Shown here piece after piece: positions 25,701 through 36,000 of a stretch of 56,148 nucleotides of DNA. The DNA comes from a virus (taxonomy: Duplodnaviria; Caudoviricetes): positions 1 through 56,148 of the IMG/VR virus record IMGVR_UViG_3300033142_000289; one strand, 5' to 3'. The translations under genes were made by a program, and so were the position numbers. The number at the start of each line of letters is the position of its first letter. Within the stretch, counting starts at the first letter, position 1. The notes beneath the pieces were generated by a model. That model searched no databases. It worked only from the letters and a program-made list of their open reading frames with translations, and was not told where the DNA came from.

Positions 25701-27621
25701 TCTCACCCTCTAAATTTCCTTCTAGATTTTCTATATCTTGTTTTAATATTTGAGATGCTCTTTCATCAACCATCTCTGAAGTAAGTTCGTATTCTTTAAT
25801 ACCCTTCTCAGCCATCTCATTTTGCATTTGGTCGATGGCTCTATCTTGAAGTTCTAACTTATCTTCAGGAGATAAGGCATTATATTCTTCTATACTCTCC
25901 TTAACATTGTCAGCTACTTCTGATATTACTTGTTCTGTTTCTGCAGCAGCTTCATCAGCTAATTGATTTTCCTGAAGGTTTACTATTTGTGCTTTTAGGT
26001 CTGCAATTTTTTTCTTACCGGTTACTGTACCTAGTACTCGTCCTTCAAGTTCTTGTACCTGTCTCTCTAGGTCTACAATAGCATCAACAGTTGGTCCATT
26101 TAAATCAGGATTAGCAGCCATAACAGACTCCTTTGTTCTACCTGCTAAAATTTTATCTTGTAATTTTTGTGCTCTACCTTCAAAGTCATTGTCTATTTGT
26201 ATTTTAAAATTAGGAGCGGTTAATTGCTCATAAGTCATACCATCAATAACTTTATCTATTTCTTCTACAGTAGCTTTCTTTCCGTTAATTTTATATTTAG
26301 GATTTTGGTATCTAACTGAAATTAAATCCTTAACAGAACCCGGTGCTTCAGCAATACCTTCTAATAGTATTTCACCGGTATCAAATTCTTGTCCTTGTTC
26401 ACCGTATATATTAGTAGCTGCAATACCTGCAGTTTCACCAATAGAACCACCTACTGATTCAACTCCCATAGCACGACCAATTGCTTTTCTTTTTAACGCT
26501 CTTGATGCAGATTTACTTCCCGCAGACCCCGCCTTAGTAAGCAATGGTTTTGCTACCTTACCACCTAATCTACCTGTTAATGCATCTATAGTACCGATTG
26601 CTAAACCTCTTGCGATAGCATCAAATCTTAGTTCATCAACAACCTCTTCATTAGATAGTAATTCTTTTACGTTATCTGCAGTTAATTCTTTTCCTTGAAC
26701 TTCAAGTCTTTCTTTTAATAACTCTCCATAAGTTAAACCTGTTTCTAAAACTGTACTAGCTGCCGCAAAAGCATAAGGTAAACTAGCTGCGGCACCTGCA
26801 ACTGCACCCGGTGCTGCACCAACACCACCCGCTAACGCACCTGCACCTGCACCATAAGCAGTACCTGCTGCAATAACTGCACCTCCTGCTGCTGCTGAAT
26901 CTTCATTAGCCATAGCTGAAAAAGAACTAGCTAATACCTCAGGAATAACACTAGGGTTTAATATGAGTCCCTTTATTGTTCCCCATACACCCTTGCCTTC
27001 TTCTTCATAAATCCTTTGATAATCTTGCATTTCATCAGAAGGACCCAATTGAGTAGCCTTTTGACTTTTAGATATAAATTCCTGTATATCTTCATAGGTA
27101 GCAGAAGTACCACCCATAAGTAAATCGTTACCACTTTCTGCAATCTGACCATTTTGAAAACCGGCATCAATTGAACGTGCCATATCATCAATAAAGTCTC
27201 CTACACCTACAGGACTAATGGCATCTATACCTCTTAGTATATCACCAAATGTTCCTTGAAAGTAATCAACCTCCTCAGAAACGGGAGACGGTGAAGTTGT
27301 AGCACTTGATGTGCCATCCGAAAAACTTGAAACGAAATCCGGAGTATCTTTTTTTTTTAAGGAGCCTTGCTCAACATAAGATTTAAATTCCTCTACACCA
27401 TAGCGGTTTACCAAATCACCTTCAGAGTAAACTTTACCATTAGGTGTTTCATAAAAATGACCACCATCTTGAAAATTTAATTCAGGTGTTTCTTCTTCTA
27501 CAAATTCAGTTAACTGCCCTTCATTTACAAGTTGGTCAAACCCTTCATCACCATATCTTTCTAGTGCTTCTTGTTGACTAATCTTATAACCATTGGGTGT
27601 TACATAAAAAATTTCATCCAT
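19723..27621 (-). CDS. giant (2632 aa) internal virion / ejected protein with zincin-like metallopeptidase motif
   Basis: TPIHEFGHIW...EEALVE motif; Gly/Ala hydrophobic segment; last of three cargo-like genes after the tail genes. Confidence 0.75.
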   Translation of the reverse strand: MDEIFYVTPNGYKISQQEALERYGDEGFDQLVNEGQLTEFVEEETPELNFQDGGHFYETPNGKVYSEGDLVNRYGVEEFKSYVEQGSLKKKDTPDFVSSFSDGTSSATTSPSPVSEEVDYFQGTFGDILRGIDAISPVGVGDFIDDMARSIDAGFQNGQIAESGNDLLMGGTSATYEDIQEFISKSQKATQLGPSDEMQDYQRIYEEEGKGVWGTIKGLILNPSVIPEVLASSFSAMANEDSAAAGGAVIAAGTAYGAGAGALAGGVGAAPGAVAGAAASLPYAFAAASTVLETGLTYGELLKERLEVQGKELTADNVKELLSNEEVVDELRFDAIARGLAIGTIDALTGRLGGKVAKPLLTKAGSAGSKSASRALKRKAIGRAMGVESVGGSIGETAGIAATNIYGEQGQEFDTGEILLEGIAEAPGSVKDLISVRYQNPKYKINGKKATVEEIDKVIDGMTYEQLTAPNFKIQIDNDFEGRAQKLQDKILAGRTKESVMAANPDLNGPTVDAIVDLERQVQELEGRVLGTVTGKKKIADLKAQIVNLQENQLADEAAAETEQVISEVADNVKESIEEYNALSPEDKLELQDRAIDQMQNEMAEKGIKEYELTSEMVDERASQILKQDIENLEGNLEGETRFSIAEEGESAFVADPADSEAITEEMNQMDEAEVNFTTPKGQTTSQVNPFEASNSSTNLNENEVTDLGFESQDDMVGGIEEFNGIPMITGVSDIAAGGTIKDSKGNDMNAKGGVMFNALAKVKAAWAGVKRETSQGQYDNAVKLYKKNKDLFDRLWDEGRLPKGHIPMAIIRMGNDAINSNELVFRYLAPEIKEQSTENQTAALNELVSDLKRKKGKFGNNPRLLQFIADKNIKTLGGLMDAVVSDANARAKGDVNNTLTLDERAELFYNITSPEGVSTPNKTFLKALYKGTTDNSNVFASDNIYAAVGEPSMMKANKGDVVSIVGVDVLNGGVIDIDHPNYGSGPKGRLIKLIKNPTSGMEVFPEWKAKSNRVFKKDKAGKRPSDKNVSSQTMGTVANDKAFQGASVQADGITDMQQLAAKFRFAFPGVTVVATQQEFDAMLKEPGVRTKVSKGKTILGMTKEGKVFLNPEQASLGTPIHEFGHIWIDFLRSKSSGRKGTKLLEKGLKLVEGTPALKAAIEKYGDNKLAREEALVELMATKGETIINAAKKSRFKEWMNATFKYIKEKFTTLADVDEKKIEAMSLDEFINVGLADLFAGKPVDAKAKKDNKFDAAKESQGMMPRFSLGDDVAAFIKDARGQGISEVAIKTVLNRRGVSMPDIKAAFEKAGPKANQKSKVSEKFAKGFDRVMSEIDGIVEKIKARNTKESTSPTKIFNAALEYLKGTKLYKNSTDVQREKMVRDLRKKFGQKDKKAPSAKRLLFGKVDPKKITLTEKQALAEQIKALNRGAKNAIQAFVEASKQLAEQIGEMAQKGKITPKQASAIIKRFTKVNMLSDASIDSFAEYMRRVFKNANYAEEVAVANKQRKQAIKNVRTKIGIADAVNTQLNRIFSMKASLIPESVFQEYIDLVAEFGARKAILNPSAVAEVEKITERILEAVDVEYSKVPELQEKYSAFENKVVDKDGKIDYAKTIKAMLNDGIIDEVDLEVMQKYKSEILPKKEKVEKTDAEIEAERQEVLKNIKKLPALKISELPSKFERKVAGMFESLINNIEAIENLSLEDLKQIDKLYNNINNGYTPHLVQVMNEKMNAQLNGKELAGGISGSKMLPITKMYAKFKSMLTRKGAISEAIRRNPLFYVDQVFGNFKSKPIFNSLFNESAKAQELFTSQFKRLRGKIDAAEAAVAKSFKQNPNKTLMSKFKQMVYMIQLEHDSNLGNPETRHQAAAYVKKTIEAIDTDKTTFSQQDSEMLAEILEKFTDKETGEINLEKLYNSFNEAEKNSIKTIQEVNSELGPMAVQTASIIRGTGIKPRNNYVHLNVVNEKGLDPNSSESFITQYMNGMKGSTKAKSLIKREGVVSALNFDVYASATRGAKGVLLDFHMTEPIRTARRTLNVAEARLKGDKARMDSKDREKFNAIRDAYEEVVENLLTTAYQQTTIAEEAMNWLKKNGYRAILASSSRWVAELTSNTAFALITNPVAFVAGSKFGVKFLNSDAAPKAMENLKSKQTNRIYPNEDMSGRMIDTNIMKEAEGIKGGRAKGKYMNKLVQIWNRSGKKYQSGVATLADGLISTPDKIVMRPMWFGSFASEFKKITGIEPDMDKIAANDSKYMADNAEALAKATEIADETSVMTGSTANPFLGILKGTRKPGDSGFKTAFNAFNSFMTTFLIYEYVTARTGIVNAIGRGHLSKRKGAALLAGSTTRMIMYTMMAQVLGEALASIAGEEEEPKDIEKKLGQAVASSMLGLIVGRDFGNATKAILNMGIEEFNKEFLDFLRDGEYDVYKDGLSYQVVPKSKDGRGSSLGDILTNMAASLGPAVKTADFIVKKATSAPKKTVEAQERQADELMYRLPLELLGNSGFIPMYKDVRRLVLRSLYGEMNKKQAQERKAAAIEKEKLGNYSSRSEMKRYNYRLWYDTFGPNSPDYESEQQLKEQKRREAELKRLLKDKEMNYTSGSSFGSGSFGSGDGFGKKKRKKKGKDTFGSQKFGN

Positions 27622-27630
27622 AGTTCTTTT

Positions 27631-29622
27631 CTATTTGCAAGGGACCTGTAGTCCTGTTGAAAGTTCTTCTTTCTTACCATTAACACAAGGACCATACTTA
27701 CCTTGACCACCTGTAAACTTTTGGTCTTTCGCTAGGGTTCCTATTTGCTTAGTTTGCTTTAATACATAAGTCAACCACTTCTCAAATCTTTGTTCTTCTT
27801 CATATGCATTAGAATCTATATCAATATCTGAATCTAAATCAAATGTCGCAGGATATTCTGCATTACCTTTCCAACCATCTATAGTTACTTGGGTATTATC
27901 TCCACCTCCATAACCTGTTGCTTTAGCTACTAGACCATACTTAGAATATCTATCATTTAAAGCTTTTGCTACCGCATCTTGTTCTTGGTCTAAGAACGGC
28001 TCACCGTTTGAGGCTTTAGGGAATCCTGCTTTAATAAATGTACTCACCTCTGAGTCAAATCTTCCTTGGTTACCTTGTCTGTTTGCTCCTGAATCTCCGA
28101 AGTCTAAGTTAAGAGGCTTACTCTTACCCTTATCATCTTTAACAAATCCTCCTGCACTTAATGCTTTTTTAGGGTCATCAAGACCTGTAATCTCATTACC
28201 TAGTATTGCCCAATCTTCATCACTAATATCCTTAGTGAAATCAATTCTTCTATTTTTAACAGGGTCAGTATATACAAACTCTATAGACAATCCATCAGTT
28301 GATGGGTTAACACCAATCAATCCTGCCGCTTTACCTTCTTCGGTACCAATTAAAGATTCAAAAGAAGCAACTCTTTCTTTAGCCGTTTGACCTTTAATAG
28401 AGTTCCAAGTTCTTTGAATATTTTCTTTAGCTTCATCATCTCTCTTTTCTTTTCTAACATCTGCAGGTGCATATGTAGGAGCATTGTAATCCTTAGGTGC
28501 AGCTTTATATTCTTCTGTTTTATCTAATTGCATACGAAGCTGAATTTTCATTGCCTCTTCCGCTCTAGCCTGTTGCTCATCAGTAAGTTCTGCTTCAAGC
28601 TTACCGTTGTTGTTTTTCATCAATACTTTCTTAGGGTCTGCTGCTGCCTCTGTAGGGTCCATTGTTGGAGTATATCCATCACCTTGCAAGAAATCTACAA
28701 GCACTGATGCTGCAGAATTATCTCCAATACCTAATTGACTCTTAACAAAACTGTCCTCTGCTTTTTCATACATAGACATAACCTTTACATCTTCAGGTTT
28801 GATACCTGCTTCTTTGGCAATTTCTGCAATTTGTTTATCAGTTAGGTCTGCTAATGAACCAAAGCCTTTTCTCTTTGTAATATCTGTAACCTCGGTTACT
28901 AAACCATTGGCTCTATATCCACCCATTTTTCGTTGAACTTCTTTATCTACACCTAATGTTTTGGCATATTCATCAACTGTACCTATTACATCAAACTTGG
29001 TATAAGTTCCTTTAATTCTGTTCTCTAAGTTTTGAACAGTCATTAGGTTATTTTTGTCAGGTATTCTTGGACCATTTGGATTGTTAGGGTCAGGTATCAT
29101 TTTAGCCATAGACATAATCCCTGTATTAGGATTAATTATAAGTTTACTGTCTTCGAAATTTCCAAAGCCTTCAACTAATCCCATAGACCAATTCTGTATT
29201 TCTGAAGCTTGTTCTCCAACAGGAAGTTGGGAGTTATTCATAGCCATTTTTCTTTTGTACTCAGCATTATAATTTTCAAACAAACTAAAAGCTTGGTCAG
29301 TTCCGTCAACTAGGTTTTGTCTAGTAATAGTATATTGTCTTGGGTCTAATTGTCCTGACTTTAAAAGGGTCTCGTTCATAAGCATAACCTCTTGTAAATC
29401 AGCACCGGCATTTAAAGCAAATTCATTTAATAGAGTATTTTCTCCAAGAGGTATATTATTTAATACCTTTTGCATTTCACGAGTAGCTGCATCAATCGCA
29501 CCTTTTTTCTCCTCACGAATTCTATTTTCTTCTTTAAGAGTATTAGTTAAATTGGAGCCTACCTCTGCCCAATTTATATTGTCCTCTGCTTTTCTTTCAA
29601 CGTATTTATATGCTGTTGCCAT
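27631..29622 (-). CDS. putative internal virion (ejection) protein
   Basis: 663 aa; assigned by position. Confidence 0.6.
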   Translation of the reverse strand: MATAYKYVERKAEDNINWAEVGSNLTNTLKEENRIREEKKGAIDAATREMQKVLNNIPLGENTLLNEFALNAGADLQEVMLMNETLLKSGQLDPRQYTITRQNLVDGTDQAFSLFENYNAEYKRKMAMNNSQLPVGEQASEIQNWSMGLVEGFGNFEDSKLIINPNTGIMSMAKMIPDPNNPNGPRIPDKNNLMTVQNLENRIKGTYTKFDVIGTVDEYAKTLGVDKEVQRKMGGYRANGLVTEVTDITKRKGFGSLADLTDKQIAEIAKEAGIKPEDVKVMSMYEKAEDSFVKSQLGIGDNSAASVLVDFLQGDGYTPTMDPTEAAADPKKVLMKNNNGKLEAELTDEQQARAEEAMKIQLRMQLDKTEEYKAAPKDYNAPTYAPADVRKEKRDDEAKENIQRTWNSIKGQTAKERVASFESLIGTEEGKAAGLIGVNPSTDGLSIEFVYTDPVKNRRIDFTKDISDEDWAILGNEITGLDDPKKALSAGGFVKDDKGKSKPLNLDFGDSGANRQGNQGRFDSEVSTFIKAGFPKASNGEPFLDQEQDAVAKALNDRYSKYGLVAKATGYGGGDNTQVTIDGWKGNAEYPATFDLDSDIDIDSNAYEEEQRFEKWLTYVLKQTKQIGTLAKDQKFTGGQGKYGPCVNGKKEELSTGLQVPCK

Positions 29623-29630
29623 ATTGTTTT

Positions 29631-30473
29631 TTAATTATTTTGAGGAAGGTAATTAAAGAAATCTAAAGAACTTTGTCCTGTCATATATTCATTATACGCA
29701 CCTGTGTAGGCTTTATTGCCAAATAAACTACCATCATTTCCAACCGCTCTTTTGAACTGTCTTAAATCTCTATTGCTCATAGCGTTGAAATCAATCTTAC
29801 CTATATCTTGACCTGTGTACTTTTGTTGTCCCTTGTTAAAAAAAGTATTTTTGTCAGGACCCTTTACAGTCTGACCGTCAAATTGTCCTGCTGCTTGAGC
29901 ACCCGCAAGTCCTGATTTTTGTGCAGCCAAATTCTGCTTGTATAAAGGAACCATAGATACTGCTTGACCTACGGTAGAAATTGCACCCTGTATCCCTTGA
30001 TTTGTTGCAGCTTGAGCCGCTCTTTGAGCATCTGCTGCTTTTTGTTGGTTACCCGCAACTTCTTCTAAATCTAAAGCCACATCTAAATCTCTAAGTCTTG
30101 AATCTTCTTCTACAATGGCGGCTTCAATATTAGTTAGTTCATCTCCCATTGCTGCACGAGTTTGTGCTTGACCTTGTTGTTGAGCGGCTAGAACTCTTCC
30201 TGCGGTAGCAGCACCACCTCTATCGCTTTCTACTCCCGCTTCTAAAGCTTGAGCACCTGCTGATAAATTAGCTTCCCTTTCTAGTTCGTAAGCTTCTTTT
30301 TTAATAGACATTTGTTCTGCGAAGTTAACCTCTAGTTTTCCTCTTGCTGCTTCCATTGCTGCATCAGCTTCTGCTTCCGCTCTTGCTTGAAGCTTTTTCT
30401 GTTGCCCTGCTTGAGCAAACGACAAACCTGTTGAAACGGCTCCTATCGCTAATCCTGCTATTGCTGCTGACAT
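29631..30473 (-). CDS. putative internal virion / pilot protein
   Basis: Hydrophobic Ala/Gly N-terminus and Ala/Gln-rich helical body. Confidence 0.6.
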   Translation of the reverse strand: MSAAIAGLAIGAVSTGLSFAQAGQQKKLQARAEAEADAAMEAARGKLEVNFAEQMSIKKEAYELEREANLSAGAQALEAGVESDRGGAATAGRVLAAQQQGQAQTRAAMGDELTNIEAAIVEEDSRLRDLDVALDLEEVAGNQQKAADAQRAAQAATNQGIQGAISTVGQAVSMVPLYKQNLAAQKSGLAGAQAAGQFDGQTVKGPDKNTFFNKGQQKYTGQDIGKIDFNAMSNRDLRQFKRAVGNDGSLFGNKAYTGAYNEYMTGQSSLDFFNYLPQNN

Positions 30474-30976
30474 AATTTCTTTTTTTGTTTTATTACATAT
30501 TCAGGCAACTCGTTAAAGTCTTCGGTAAATAATTCTTTTTCAGCTTCCTCTACCGTCTTGGCATCTGTTCTATATGTACAGACCCATACGCAATCTTCGT
30601 GCATATATGCGACTCTCTGTGTGCCTATTTCTGTTTGCACCACCATAGGTGCTTTAATTCTTTTTACTTCTGCCTTGTCTGTTAGTATTGACATCTCACC
30701 ACTTAAAAAAAATGATGGATGATTCACCTTATGTATAAAGCTTAAAACCAACATCCCCTTTGGCATAAATATTTCTCTAGTATAAATACCATCTTTTATA
30801 TGGTGTTTTAGTGGCATAGCCTCTTGCATCTCAGGAGTATGATGCTTTACGGTTTCTTCAATCGAAAGCAATTGTCCCTTAAATTCATTTATCTTTTCCC
30901 ATAATACACCTCTGTTTTGACTTATAGTTTCCAAAACAGATTCAGGATTAGACTGTACTATTTGAACTTCATCCAT
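30458..30976 (-). CDS. cupin-like protein
   Basis: GIYTREIFMPKG...IHKVNH..FLSGEM; has its own -7 element at 30984-30991. Confidence 0.55.
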   Translation of the reverse strand: MDEVQIVQSNPESVLETISQNRGVLWEKINEFKGQLLSIEETVKHHTPEMQEAMPLKHHIKDGIYTREIFMPKGMLVLSFIHKVNHPSFFLSGEMSILTDKAEVKRIKAPMVVQTEIGTQRVAYMHEDCVWVCTYRTDAKTVEEAEKELFTEDFNELPEYVIKQKKKLCQQQ

Positions 30977-30997
30977 ATTGTAGCAAAGATACTAATT

Positions 30998-31807
30998 TTA
31001 AGGGAATGATTTCATTACTTCAGACTCAACTGAAAATAACTCTATTTTACTTGTATTATTATTTGTTAATGTAAATACACCATAATGTCCTAAAATACCG
31101 TGAGATTCTGCAACAGAGTTTTTAATATATAATATATACTCAGTTGTTGATGGTGCGGGTTGTGCTCCACCTACAGTATTATCTATTACAATATTGTTTA
31201 TTCCTGCAGGAAGGTTAACATCTATAGAGATAACGCTACCTAATAATTGTGGATTTGGAGCACCAAAGTAAACCATATCTCCTACAGAAATAATGTTTCC
31301 TAAATAAACTCCTGTAGTAAAAGAAACAGTAGTCTCGGTACCCGCTACAGTTATGTCTTGAGAAGAACCAATTCCATTTAATGAGCGTAAAGCATATTGA
31401 TTAATATTAGCAGGTGAGTTGGATGACTGTCCTGAGTTTCTAACAAATGCATAATATGCTCCCTCCTTTAACTCAAACCAATCAGCATCAATAAACCCTG
31501 TATCTTGTTGGTCACTTGTTAGAACTGCTGACCAACTATCATCTCCCTCTAAATTTAAGGTTTTAAATAATTTATTTTCTAAAGGCTGCTGATTAAATAC
31601 AGATTGTAATTTACTAGGGTAGTTTACTCCATAGTATTGATTCCTTGTTTCATTGGTGTTATGACGATAAAGATTTCCATTTTTAAACGTATAGAAATAA
31701 CTATTCATCCCCATCATATAATCAGGTTGGTATGAATAAAACGATGGGAATCCCTGAACTCCCGGGTCGTATGATATAGTATAAGTACAATTATTTTGTA
31801 AAGCCAT
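30998..31807 (-). CDS. tail protein resembling the C-terminal part of crAss-like nozzle/stabilization proteins
   Basis: TISY...FPSFYSYQPD...FYTFKNGNLYRHN...KLFKTLNLEG. Confidence 0.55.
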   Translation of the reverse strand: MALQNNCTYTISYDPGVQGFPSFYSYQPDYMMGMNSYFYTFKNGNLYRHNTNETRNQYYGVNYPSKLQSVFNQQPLENKLFKTLNLEGDDSWSAVLTSDQQDTGFIDADWFELKEGAYYAFVRNSGQSSNSPANINQYALRSLNGIGSSQDITVAGTETTVSFTTGVYLGNIISVGDMVYFGAPNPQLLGSVISIDVNLPAGINNIVIDNTVGGAQPAPSTTEYILYIKNSVAESHGILGHYGVFTLTNNNTSKIELFSVESEVMKSFP

Positions 31808-31818
31808 ATTTTATTTTT

Positions 31819-32994
31819 TTAAGGACAAACCGGACAGTGAACAGTGTCATCACAAGCGTAAGCAACACCGGATTGAATTACTGAATCAAAGGTAGCACTA
31901 TTTATTAAAGCCACTACTGTCGCACATTTCTCTGCTCCTGTACCTTGAGCACCTTCTTTAAACTGAACTACATCACCTAAACCAAATCCTCCGTAAGTAG
32001 AATTTGATGCCATATATAAATCTCCGTCACAACATTCTTGTAGTCTATATCCATTAGGAACACAAGTTCCTGTGTTTATTACAACACCATCTTGAATTTG
32101 AATCCAAGGATGTGGTTCGCCAACTAAATTTATAAACCCATCTGAAGCAGGTGTAACACCATCAATATCAATAAATATCATATCGTACAATGCGGGGTTT
32201 GCTGCAGTTCCGTTTACCGGAACGTGGTAATAAGTTTGGGAAGGATTTATATTACATTGTACATCACCAAGTGTTACGCTTCCCTGAAAAGAATCTAGCT
32301 TAGTTGGACAATCAACAGACAACGACCAAGCAGTTGAGCCACAAGGACCATATACTTGTATTTGCATAATACTTGGGGATGCTTGTGGTTTTGGTATAAC
32401 CATCTTACAGTTACCGGGAGAATTACCTGTTAGTTGTGCACCTGTAGGAGTAATAGTAATTGTTTGTGTATTTCCTGTAGGAGTAAATTGACCATTTAGA
32501 TATTCTGATTCATTTAAAGAGTAAGTACCCAATATACTACCCGGACTACCTCCATTACAGTTACCTTGATTACCTGTATTTCCAATAAATGTTGGAACAG
32601 TTACATCAGGAACCCCCGCATTATTTGCTTGTAAAACACCTTCGGTAGGTGAAACCAATTTATTGTAGCTTGAACTATCATAAGTTACTATAATACCATC
32701 AGGTATACTAGCAGGATTAAATGTAATTATTGCCGCTCCTGTATCAGTACTTGTTCCTCCTAGGTCGATATCTAAAATAAAGGCACCCTGATTCTGATTT
32801 GCAGATATAGTACCATCACAAGGTTGAGCACAAGTACCACAAGTTTGACCGGGTAGTAAAACACACCCTGACAATTCTCTACTAATAACACCATCTGAAT
32901 AAAAACCATCTGCTGCACAAATAGTCAAACCCGCATCCTGAAATATAGATGTTGAATTTGTTAGTGTTGTTCCGTCTAAATAGTATGTAGCCAT
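31819..32994 (-). CDS. Cys-rich virion appendage / structural protein
   Basis: 391 aa, many Cys; shares a domain with the C-terminus of 33011-37849. Confidence 0.6.
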   Translation of the reverse strand: MATYYLDGTTLTNSTSIFQDAGLTICAADGFYSDGVISRELSGCVLLPGQTCGTCAQPCDGTISANQNQGAFILDIDLGGTSTDTGAAIITFNPASIPDGIIVTYDSSSYNKLVSPTEGVLQANNAGVPDVTVPTFIGNTGNQGNCNGGSPGSILGTYSLNESEYLNGQFTPTGNTQTITITPTGAQLTGNSPGNCKMVIPKPQASPSIMQIQVYGPCGSTAWSLSVDCPTKLDSFQGSVTLGDVQCNINPSQTYYHVPVNGTAANPALYDMIFIDIDGVTPASDGFINLVGEPHPWIQIQDGVVINTGTCVPNGYRLQECCDGDLYMASNSTYGGFGLGDVVQFKEGAQGTGAEKCATVVALINSATFDSVIQSGVAYACDDTVHCPVCP

Positions 32995-33010
32995 AATTTA
33001 ATTTTATATT

Positions 33011-36000
33011 TTAACAAGACCCATTAGTTCCTATTGAATTTAATCCCGGGTCTACGGTGCCTGTTTGAGCACATATTGTTTCTTGGTCATATCCACCTAC
33101 ACCTCCTATTGCTCCACCTGCTGCAGTTCCATCACACGCAGTGTATGAAAAACTTTGTGCTTGGGGTGAAGAGGTTGATAATGTATAAGATGTACAACCC
33201 GCACCACTTGGGTCAGGTATATTACAATGTAATGTGTCACCACAAACATAAGATACACCTGTACCATATAAAGTTCCGGTAGGGGTTAATACTGAAGGTG
33301 CTAATATTTCACCACACTTAATTGTTCCACCCGTAGTAGTTTGGTATTGAACCACATCATTTACACTATAAAGATTGTTAGGGTCTTCTATAATTACAAG
33401 GTCACCTGTGACACAATCTGATAATCCCCAAACTGTAGACCCCGGTCCTGAACCCTCACAACTACAACAAGCTTCTGTTGGACTTGTACCATAACACAAG
33501 TCTAATGCGGTGCTTGTTCTGAAGTCCCAAATTAAGTATAAATATTGTCCCGTATTAGGCATTGTAAAGTCTGCATAATATGCAGTATTACCGTTAGCCG
33601 GTGGGTTTATTGGTGTAGCTTGACTTGAAGCGGATAACAAAGCAATTATATCTGCTGAATTATTATTATACACAGTGTCAGTTCTTAGGTATTTAAAATC
33701 ATCCTGATTAGGATTAAACACATAATCATCTGAGCCAATACTATTAGAAAACATAGAAACAATAGAACCATCTGTTGGTATAACACCACCGCCTTGAGGA
33801 CCTGTTATATCTTGAAATAAAGATACAATTGGATATGTACCGTTTACCATTGTAACCTCTTCAGATTGAAGCGGAGAAATAAATACACCATCAACCCAAC
33901 GATATTCATCGTGAATACTTAAACCTGTGTCTGCTGAACTATTTAAATGTACTAATCTAATTGTAATTATATCTGCTTGAGGACACTTTACCGTCAATGT
34001 AATAATAGCGTAGCCTGTTGTCTGTAGTGTTATATTCGCCTCTTGATTTAATATTAAATTCTTATTAAAACTTAAGGTGCCACCTGTAGTTACATTTCCT
34101 GTAGTTACATTCTGTAGACCGTACTCAGCATCTATTTTAAAAGTGCCGGTTAAATTGTTTACACTGTAATCAATATCTACTTGCCCTATGGTTTCACCAA
34201 CATCAACACAATACTCAAAGACCTCTTTTTGATTTTGTAGAATAATCTGTTGTGTAATACCACACTCAGTACACTCAATCTCCTGAGGAATAGGTGTGCA
34301 GTTTGCAGCTAATACATACTCATTCATATAAGTATCATAGCCACCAAGCTTTTGGGTAAACAAACTATCATTAAACAAATCTCTAAACCAAGGTCTCATA
34401 CCATCTGCTGATATAACTTTTAACCTTTCGTTTTGTGCAGAAGAACCTGTGAGTTGTATAACCACCCCACGCTTTCCGTCAGTAAAATATTTATCAGGTC
34501 CCCAAATAGCAAAGCTTTCAGGGTTATGACTTATACCAAAATCTTCTATTCTAGCTATCTGAGTTCCCAATACTTCAGGTACAGATGTCAGTGCATTACC
34601 TCCACCTGCATCAGATAGTAAATTTTTACCTGACAACACATAAGAAATTTTATCCTCCTGTAATGTAAGTATGTCTGTTTCTCTTGCAAATAATTTTTGA
34701 ACAGGTCCAAACGATTGCTCTAAAGCTTTAAAGTTTAAAAGACCTGCATTAAATTCGTTAAGCTTATTTATGTTTGATTCAGCATTATAGACACCACTAT
34801 ATGTAATGTCTGCGAACCTGTGTTCTTCTTTATAATCTTGAGCCGTTGTTGTAAATGCTCTGTTGCCTAAGACTAATTCTTTACCAATAATTGAGTCTTG
34901 AATTTTCCAACTTTCCACTCCATTACCAAAAGAATAACAATTAAAAAATGCAGTTTTAATTAAGGCAGGTGTATTGGTTGCAATATCTTGGTCCTGCACA
35001 TTACCTAAGTGTTCTCCTGTTGAGGTATTAATAGGGTAAGATTTTGAAGACTCATACCATAAATCCGGTGATGCATCTTGGGGTAGTGTTTCAAAAACAG
35101 TTAATCCACTTGCACGAATAACTTCAATATCAACTCTTGCTCTAGAATTTTTGTTGCTTCCACCATACCCTTTCATTGCTTTAAAAACAAAATATGTTCT
35201 TCCTCCGGATTGATAAAAGTTAGTGTAAACATTACCAACACTACAAGGTCTATTACTTGCAGATTGATAGTTGTTACTATAATTAGGTCCATCGACACCC
35301 GTCCCCTCATCGGTTGCAAGTCCACTTAATGCACCGGCAATATTGTCTCCTTCAAACCAAGATTTAAAGTTACTATACTCCTGAGAAGCAGTAAAGATGG
35401 TGTCTACTTGCCATATTTTTTTAGGGACATTCCCAAATAACTTATCTTCATTACCCCTTCTATATCCTCTCAGCTTCATACTAACTTTAGTACCTGCCGG
35501 TAAACTATAGTCTATATATTGACCGGGGTTACTTGGGTCCTCTGTGTCTACAGGGTAGTTAACAGACCTACAACCACTTCCGTTATTATTTTTTTCACCA
35601 TAAGCAACAACCGGCAAGTCCCCTACTTCGGTAGAAAAGTTGTTTGCTCTTAATTTCATATATGTCCCTGCCGGAACAGGAATATCCTCACCATTTATAT
35701 CAACGGGTTTAGGGTCCAAAAAGTCTTTTGTTTTAGCATCTTTTTCAAGAACCGTTGTATATGTACAATTATCTCTTGGACCTTGTGTATCTTTCTTTAC
35801 AATTAACTCATCGCCAAGTTCTATTTTTTGTGAGTTCTGACCTTCTAATAAAAAGTAATCCGCTCCACTAGCAGGGTCTCTAAAAAAGAATTGTGAATAT
35901 ATTGTATTATAAATTTCCTTATCAGGTTTTATTACAAACTTATACCTAGTTGCCCAAGATGGTGCTAGTTGTGATGTTGGTATATTTACATTAATTGTAT

